Shown here one piece after another: positions 48,786-54,127 of a DNA stretch of 54,127 nt. Within the stretch, counting starts at the first letter, position 1, and every line of letters begins with the position of its first letter. The DNA is from a virus (Duplodnaviria > Caudoviricetes). The position numbers and the translations under genes are program-made. Below the pieces are notes generated by a model, which was not told the DNA's origin, made no database searches, and worked only from the letters and a program-made list of their open reading frames with translations. Location: the IMG/VR virus record IMGVR_UViG_3300034155_000029, positions 1 through 54,127 of that record. One strand, given 5' to 3'.

Positions 48786-49294
48786 ATCAAATAATTATTA
48801 TAGCAGCTATTTCTGAAAATGGTATTATAGGATCTAAAAATGATATACCATGGAGAATTAGTGAGGATTTTAAAAGGTTTAAGAAATTAACTTTAGGACA
48901 CCCTTGTATTATGGGTGATATTACATATAAATCTTTACCAGAAAAATCTAAACCGCTTCCGGGAAGAGAGAATATTGTATTAAGTCTTGATCCAACATAT
49001 AAACCATTAGATGTTACTTTGTTTTCTGATTTTAATAAATCAATTGAATATATAAAAAACAAAGATAAAGCATTTATTATCGGTGGGGCTACAATATATA
49101 AATTAGGATTAGGTGTAGCTAATACTTTGGAACTTACAAGAATCCATAAGAATTATAATGGAGATATTAGATTTCCAGATATTGATTATAGCAAATGGGA
49201 AAAGATTAATACAGAAAATCATACAGGAATAGATTTGGTTAATAATATATCTGTTGAGTTTTCTTATGAGACATATAAAAGAATTTTTTGGTAA
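48782..49294 (+). CDS. folA: Dihydrofolate reductase
   Basis: IAAISENGIIG, IPW, EDFKRFK, PLPGRENIVLS, IIGGATIY, GDIRFP. Confidence 0.95.
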   Translation: MNQIIIIAAISENGIIGSKNDIPWRISEDFKRFKKLTLGHPCIMGDITYKSLPEKSKPLPGRENIVLSLDPTYKPLDVTLFSDFNKSIEYIKNKDKAFIIGGATIYKLGLGVANTLELTRIHKNYNGDIRFPDIDYSKWEKINTENHTGIDLVNNISVEFSYETYKRIFW

Positions 49295-49324
49295 AAACAA
49301 TTAATAATATCTTTACCAAAGAAT
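49283..49324. repeat. Inverted pair of TTTGGTAAA-motif copies between convergent folA and cca
   Basis: ATTTTTTGGTAAA-16 nt-TTTACCAAAGAAT; possible bidirectional terminator or double binding site. Confidence 0.6.
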
Positions 49325-49328
49325 CTAA

Positions 49329-50924
49329 TTATATACTAATTTGTTTAGCAATATCTAATGCTTCATCTCTACTCATGTTGGGATTATCTAATAAAGCTTC
49401 ATCAATAGCTTTTAATATTTTCCCCATGAGTGGGCCTGGAGCAATTCCTAATTCAATTAAATCTTTTCCATTAATTGGGCGAACTATATTTGTAGATATT
49501 TGTCCTGTTAGATTATTAATATTTGCTTCTATAATTTTTTCTCTTAGGTCTTCATATTTTTTTTCTTCTTCTAATATTTCATGATCAGAATAATTTTGTT
49601 TTCCAAGATTATCAGCTTTAGCAAGATCAATACTATGTTGCCAATCAGGAAAATTTCTAACGAATTTACGGTATGCTCTACCACTACCTTGATCTAATAA
49701 AGTATGTGGAGACAAATGTGAATCAATTAGTTTTTTCACTCTAGCTATAATATCATTAGGTGCTTTAATTCTTTGTAATATTTTTTCTGCAATGGTTCCA
49801 GAAATTTCTTCATGACCATGGTAAGTAGTATGTCCTTTTTCATGTGTCCCATGAACACCTTTATATCGTTTACCGATATCGTGTAATAAAGCTGTAATAT
49901 TTCTAACCAAGTAGCTTTCATAATCTTCAGATATGTTTTGTTGAGTTTGATCTACTAGATTCTTTAAAGTATTTAATGTATGATTCCAAATAGTAAATTC
50001 ATGATGGGGATTATTTTGTTCAGAATCCCACGGGATCATTTCTTCTGATAATTCTAGTTCTTCTAGTTCTTCTGAAGATGGGTTAAATATAATATCAAAC
50101 AAACCAAGTTCTTTTAATAGTTCTGCGGCTTTTGTTGGGTTTGGTCCAATTAAAGCACCTGGTTTATATTTGTTTCCTTCTTTTTTTCCAGCTAGTTCTG
50201 TCCAAATTCTTTCTTGAGATATTTTGTTTTTAAAAGCCTCTTGAACATCTGGTCTTTTTGCAGCTTCTATTAATTCCGGATCTAATTTTAGATTATATCG
50301 AGAAGCAAATCTAACCGTTCTTAATATCCTAAGAGGATCGTCTAAAAATGTTTGTACGGGGTCCATGGGTGTTTTAGCAATACCGTTTCGCAGATCTGAT
50401 AATCCACCTACATGATCTTCTATTTCTCCAGTATTAATATTATAAAATAAAGAATTGATAGTTAAATCTCGTCGATGAGCATCTTCTTCAGCAGTACCAA
50501 ATTCCATAGTAGGAATTCTACTATCTGAATATGTTTCGGTTCTTAGATTAACAAAATCTATTGGAAGACCATATAGTTTTAACATAGCTGTAGCTAAGTG
50601 TTTTGATTGATCTGGATTAGCCTCTACAACGCTAACATTATTAGTTTTAATTCCATGTTCATCCATATAAGATTTAACAAGATTAGCAAATTGCTCTCCT
50701 GTCATATTGTTAACGGAGATATCAATATCATTAGAGTTTTTACCCATTAATTTATCACGAACGTATCCTCCAGCAATTCTTAAAATTGTATCTGGAGATT
50801 TTTCATTTATTACATTTTTTAATAAATCAATTATTTTTTGTTCAGTATTAGAAAATGATAAATTCATGTTAAAACTTTCAATAGCTATAGAATATAATGT
50901 TGCAAACTTTAATAACTTCAACAT
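49329..50924 (-). CDS. cca: Class II tRNA nucleotidyltransferase (CCA-adding enzyme) with HD domain
   Basis: AGGYVRD, DIDI, RRDLTINSL, DDPLRILR, ERIWTEL, LLHDIGK, HEEIS. Confidence 0.9.
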   Translation of the reverse strand: MLKLLKFATLYSIAIESFNMNLSFSNTEQKIIDLLKNVINEKSPDTILRIAGGYVRDKLMGKNSNDIDISVNNMTGEQFANLVKSYMDEHGIKTNNVSVVEANPDQSKHLATAMLKLYGLPIDFVNLRTETYSDSRIPTMEFGTAEEDAHRRDLTINSLFYNINTGEIEDHVGGLSDLRNGIAKTPMDPVQTFLDDPLRILRTVRFASRYNLKLDPELIEAAKRPDVQEAFKNKISQERIWTELAGKKEGNKYKPGALIGPNPTKAAELLKELGLFDIIFNPSSEELEELELSEEMIPWDSEQNNPHHEFTIWNHTLNTLKNLVDQTQQNISEDYESYLVRNITALLHDIGKRYKGVHGTHEKGHTTYHGHEEISGTIAEKILQRIKAPNDIIARVKKLIDSHLSPHTLLDQGSGRAYRKFVRNFPDWQHSIDLAKADNLGKQNYSDHEILEEEKKYEDLREKIIEANINNLTGQISTNIVRPINGKDLIELGIAPGPLMGKILKAIDEALLDNPNMSRDEALDIAKQISI

Positions 50925-50940
50925 ATAAAAATAAGGAAAT

Positions 50941-51213
50941 ATGCCACAAAAAGCACCAGTAAAAAAAGAAAAAGTATTAGAAAAACCAAAAATAAAAAAG
51001 CGCTATATGTTATCGGTCGATGGGATAGCTCCTATCAAGGTTCAATTTGAAACATGGGCTTTTGATGAACATGAAGCATTGGAACAATTTAAAAATCCAA
51101 GATTAATGAATTTAGTAAATCGTCCAGATATTGATTTGTCTAGATTGAAACTAAAAAAAATTACAGTTAAAGATATTTTCACACAATTAATTAAGTTAAC
51201 CAAATCATTTTAA
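50941..51213 (+). CDS. Hypothetical basic protein
   Basis: 90 aa, AAGGA upstream. Confidence 0.55.
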   Translation: MPQKAPVKKEKVLEKPKIKKRYMLSVDGIAPIKVQFETWAFDEHEALEQFKNPRLMNLVNRPDIDLSRLKLKKITVKDIFTQLIKLTKSF

Positions 51214-51232
51214 AGAAAGAAAAACAATTACA

Positions 51233-51913
51233 ATGTCAATAGAGTTTTATATTACGGACGTAGAGAGTTTGGGGTTGGCGGTAGATATTCATGAGATTAA
51301 TCAAATTTCAGTATTAAGGGTTTCTGATCAGAAACAGTTTACGGCAAATATTAAAGTAAAGCATCCTGAAAGATTTAGTCCGCAAGCATTAGAGATACAA
51401 GGAATTACGCCGTCAGATTTATTAGTTGGCATTCCTATAGAAGAAACTGTTGAGGGTTATGAAAATTTCTTAAAAGAAGATGGAAAAACCAAGGCACACA
51501 GGTGTATGATAGCTCACAATGCACCGTTTGATAGAAAGTTTATACACCGAGCTTGGGAAAATGTCAATAGAGATTTGTCAGCTGATCTTTGGTTATGTAC
51601 AATGTCATTAGCTAAACGCTATGTTGCCAAAATGGGTGGAGATAAGTTAGCGCAATCTCAAATTAAGTTGGGTGTAGAAGGAATTAAAAAAGATAAGAAT
51701 GGATCGCTTAAACCAAAGTTTGGTCTTAATAATTTATTGGCTGGTTTAGAATTAAAATCTAAAAATGGAGCACATCAAGCTGAGGTAGATGTTCAAAACA
51801 CATTAGTATTATTTAATTGGTTAATGGAAACAAAGTTAGAATATGTTTCTTTAATTGAACGCATTCCACACAAAGAAATTGTTGTTCCACAATTAGATGT
51901 ATCTGATTTTTAA
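51233..51913 (+). CDS. DEDDh 3'-5' exonuclease (second paralogue)
   Basis: TDVESLG, AHNAPFD, LCT, AHQAEVD. Confidence 0.88.
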   Translation: MSIEFYITDVESLGLAVDIHEINQISVLRVSDQKQFTANIKVKHPERFSPQALEIQGITPSDLLVGIPIEETVEGYENFLKEDGKTKAHRCMIAHNAPFDRKFIHRAWENVNRDLSADLWLCTMSLAKRYVAKMGGDKLAQSQIKLGVEGIKKDKNGSLKPKFGLNNLLAGLELKSKNGAHQAEVDVQNTLVLFNWLMETKLEYVSLIERIPHKEIVVPQLDVSDF

Positions 51914-51924
51914 AAAGGAGTATT

Positions 51925-52059
51925 ATGTTAAATTTAATACAAGAAAAACTATTAGAAGAAGTTAAGCAAACATTGGAAGAAGAAATTGAAAACAAAAGAA
52001 AAGATAGAAATAAAAGAAAAGCAGCAAAACGTAAGGGTAAAAAATTGTTGACAAAATAG
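51925..52059 (+). CDS. Small 44-aa protein with basic C-terminus (below ORF-track cut-off)
   Basis: AAGGAG RBS; MLNLIQEKLLEEVK...KRKAAKRKGKKLLTK*. Confidence 0.55.
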   Translation: MLNLIQEKLLEEVKQTLEEEIENKRKDRNKRKAAKRKGKKLLTK

Positions 52060-52076
52060 ATGTAACATGTTATAAA
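52048..52076 (+). promoter_or_regulatory. Sigma70-type promoter, very short leader
   Basis: TTGACA-17 bp-TATAAA with extended TG; 9 nt between the -10 box and ATG 52086. Confidence 0.6.
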
Positions 52077-52085
52077 AAAAAACAA

Positions 52086-52883
52086 ATGACCACAAAAATA
52101 AATTGGAGTAAAGTTTCTGCTACACAAGGTTTAGGCGAAACCTTTATAAGGGAAAATTCAGACAAAGTAGACTGGTATTATATATCAAAAATCCAAAGGC
52201 TTCATGAAGAATTTATTAAAGATTTTTCTGATAAAGTAGATTGGGCAAACATATCATATTATCAAAAACTAAGTGAAAAATTTATTAGAAAAAATCACGA
52301 TAAAGTAGACTGGATGTTGATATCGGCGTTTCAAAAACTTAGTGAGGAGTTTATTAGAGAATTTTCTGATAAAGTAGATTGGGCAAACATATCAAGTTAT
52401 CAAAAACTAAGCGAAAATTTTATTAGAGAATTTTCTAATAAAGTATATTGGGATTTTATATCTTTATATCAAAAATTAAGTCCGAAATTTATTACAGAAT
52501 ATAATTCAGAAATATCAGAAGAAAATTGGTTATATAAAGATAAAGAATATAAAAGAAAATACATTCAAGAATATACAAAATATGATATTATTGGAGATAA
52601 AGTAATAGCATATAAGACATGTAGATCTGATGGATATTCTGCGTTTAATTTCCAATATCATTATGAAGTTGGGGGAGAATATGAATGTCATGCTAACCAT
52701 AATATAAATCATAAAGATAGTTTTGGATTATCTGCATGGACACAAGAAGAAGCTTTAGATTATTATCCTGATGGAAAATTGTTTAAAGTAGAGATTGATT
52801 TGGAAGACATTGCTGCGGTTGTATATGAAGGAAATAAAATCAGGGCGAGCAAAATTAAAATATTAGAAGAGGTTTCAAACTAA
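52086..52883 (+). CDS. Tryptophan-repeat protein (6 repeats) with conserved C-terminal domain
   Basis: Same architecture as 4875-5900. Confidence 0.85.
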   Translation: MTTKINWSKVSATQGLGETFIRENSDKVDWYYISKIQRLHEEFIKDFSDKVDWANISYYQKLSEKFIRKNHDKVDWMLISAFQKLSEEFIREFSDKVDWANISSYQKLSENFIREFSNKVYWDFISLYQKLSPKFITEYNSEISEENWLYKDKEYKRKYIQEYTKYDIIGDKVIAYKTCRSDGYSAFNFQYHYEVGGEYECHANHNINHKDSFGLSAWTQEEALDYYPDGKLFKVEIDLEDIAAVVYEGNKIRASKIKILEEVSN

Positions 52884-52885
52884 TT

Positions 52886-53389
52886 ATGGATCAAATATTA
52901 TTTTATAGAACTATTGGCGACTATGGTTGTTTTGCAAATTTTTCAAAACATTCTGTTATATTTAATGGATTAATATATCCAACATCAGAGCATGCTTTTC
53001 AAGCTCAGAAGTTTATTAATAACCCTGAAGTTATGGAGAGAATTAGATTATTACCAACTCCAAAAGAAGCAGCTATCATGGGAAGAGATCGCTCTCTTCC
53101 TTTAAGACCAGATTGGGATTCTTATTCCGAAGAAGATGCAAGATCTATATTTGATATTTCACTTGTTAAAGATTTTGTAATGTTAAATGTTGTATTGGCT
53201 AAGTTTAAACAACATCCAGATATTAAACAAACATTAATTAATACTGGGAAATCAACAATTGTAGAAGATTCTCCAATTGATTATTATTGGGGATGGGGAA
53301 AAGATCATTCAGGTAAAAATATGCTAGGTCAAATCCTAATGATTGTTAGAGATAGGATTAATTATGAGAGTTTTTTGGTAACAACATAA
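52886..53389 (+). CDS. NADAR (YbiA-like) family protein
   Basis: YGCFANF, PTSEHAFQAQKF, LRPDW, AKFKQH, LINTG, IVEDSPIDYYWG, GKNMLGQILMIVR. Confidence 0.92.
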   Translation: MDQILFYRTIGDYGCFANFSKHSVIFNGLIYPTSEHAFQAQKFINNPEVMERIRLLPTPKEAAIMGRDRSLPLRPDWDSYSEEDARSIFDISLVKDFVMLNVVLAKFKQHPDIKQTLINTGKSTIVEDSPIDYYWGWGKDHSGKNMLGQILMIVRDRINYESFLVTT

Positions 53390-53399
53390 AAAAAACATA

Positions 53400-53428
53400 T
53401 TGCAATCTCAAAAAAACCGTGTTAGAGT
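53400..53428 (+). promoter_or_regulatory. Sigma70-type promoter
   Basis: TTGCAA-17 bp-TAGAGT with extended TG; preceded by TTTGGTAACAACATAA as at 35433. Confidence 0.65.
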
Positions 53429-53460
53429 TGCCGGGTCTTCGATACAAAAGGAAAATAAAA

Positions 53461-53826
53461 ATGATTAAGTACGGATATTTTTCAGTTGCCAATAAAACAA
53501 ACAATCGCAAGCGGTGGGTTACAGTTGCTCTAGACCGTCCAGAGAAAGGAGCCACCACACAACTATATAAAGCTTCGTTTGCTTTTTGTTCTACCAAGGA
53601 TAATTTCGTAAAAGAAATTGGACGACGCATGGCTAGTGGTCGTCTTCTTAAAAACAAATGCACTGTAGAATATGAATATTCTGGTGATATTCATAAGGCT
53701 ATTGTTAAGGCTTTAGAAACAGCAATTCAAAATAATATTGTACCAAAGTGGGTTATTAAATCTTACAGTAATAAAACATTAATTCAAGGTTTAAAGAAAT
53801 TCACTGAACCACAAGACTGTTCTTAA
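53461..53826 (+). CDS. Hypothetical phage protein
   Basis: AAGGA before ATG 53461; FAFCSTKDNFVKEIGR motif. Confidence 0.65.
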   Translation: MIKYGYFSVANKTNNRKRWVTVALDRPEKGATTQLYKASFAFCSTKDNFVKEIGRRMASGRLLKNKCTVEYEYSGDIHKAIVKALETAIQNNIVPKWVIKSYSNKTLIQGLKKFTEPQDCS

Positions 53827-53905
53827 TTATTATTAGCTTAATTTAGTATGTGGTAATAAAGAGCTGTTCATTGATCCGTGTTATATATTAAAAGTTATTT
53901 CTAAA

Positions 53906-53939
53906 ATGGAAAATGCTATAATGTATATTGATGGAGGGT
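53906..53939 (+). pseudogene. 5' stub of a probable RNase H gene interrupted by the TnpB element
   Basis: MENAIMYIDGG resembles the first RNase HI strand (xYxDG); only 11 codons visible. Confidence 0.45.
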
Positions 53940-54127
53940 GTCAATTACCTAGGGGACTAACCCCTAGGCTTGTCAAATCCCTCGCTGGCTTTTGCCAGCT
54001 CGGGAGACATATGGTACTTTGACTTGTACCTGCCCTTTCGGGATTGCTAATTTTATTAGCTGGATTTTTGGCCTCTAGCCATAAATCCCTTATATTCTTT
54101 GCCGCATTAACATCTGCTCCATCTTCA
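53940..54127 (-). mobile_element. Right end of an IS200/IS605 TnpB element with omegaRNA-like hairpins
   Basis: Minus strand ends ...AAGCCTAGGGG-TTAGT-CCCCTAGGTAATTGAC; further stems GCTGGC-AAAA-GCCAGC and CCC-GAAA-GGG. Confidence 0.85.
53941..54126 (-). CDS. tnpB: TnpB C-terminus (partial; absent from ORF track)
   Basis: EDGADVNAAKNIRD (RuvC-III ADxNAAxNI) reading to TGA at 53943-53941. Confidence 0.85.
   Translation of the reverse strand, partial: EDGADVNAAKNIRDLWLEAKNPANKISNPERAGTSQSTICLPSWQKPARDLTSLGVSPLGN

Noticed and set aside
4875-52883. Diversity-generating retroelement as the source of Trp-repeat variability
   Set aside because: No reverse transcriptase or non-coding template repeat in the window, and the differences do not appear confined to adenine positions.
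384-53663. Numerous antisense or nested ORFs in the track (e.g. 12580-13065, 22949-23740, 27330-28130, 30644-31174, 41650-42042)
   Set aside because: They shadow well-supported genes on the opposite strand or frame and carry no motifs.
1-54127. Stop-codon reassignment, as in some large phages
   Set aside because: Recognisable genes are full length under code 11, and TAA, TAG and TGA all end genes at expected positions.
1-54127. Eukaryotic giant virus origin suggested by PARP, CCA enzyme and Trp repeats
   Set aside because: Sigma factor, sigma70 promoters, SD sequences, DnaB/DnaC, class III RNR and coupled operons indicate a bacteriophage.
1-54127. tRNA or rRNA genes
   Set aside because: No cloverleaf or T-loop signature seen in the few intergenic gaps; a tRNAscan-SE run would confirm.

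Overview
AT-rich, gene-dense, almost entirely +-strand 54 kb segment that reads as part of a large (jumbo/huge) dsDNA bacteriophage genome using standard code 11. Core content: a tubulin/FtsZ-superfamily GTPase, a replication block (SF2 helicase, DnaC-like loader, intein-containing DnaB), a phage sigma factor, NrdH/NrdD/NrdG, GuaC, ThyA, DHFR, a nucleotide-sugar pathway (intein-containing Gmd, Fcl) with glycosyltransferases, two fibre-like virion proteins, MetAP, two DEDDh exonucleases and a plant/fungal-like CCA-adding enzyme. Selfish elements: two inteins, three homing-endonuclease-like genes, an IsrB/omegaRNA element whose empty site can be reconstructed, an orphan copy of its end, and the end of a TnpB element interrupting a probable RNase H gene. 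Most notable: (1) five dispersed 23-aa tryptophan-repeat genes with hypervariable positions, evidence of whole-module exchange and a shared C-terminal domain that may be ADP-ribosyltransferase-like, alongside a PARP, an ARH and a NADAR; (2) a 14-bp motif (TCTTTGGTAAAAAC) recurring in both orientations, mostly near gene boundaries; (3) a gene cassette flanked by a duplicated promoter. All calls come from reading motifs by eye; no database searches were run.
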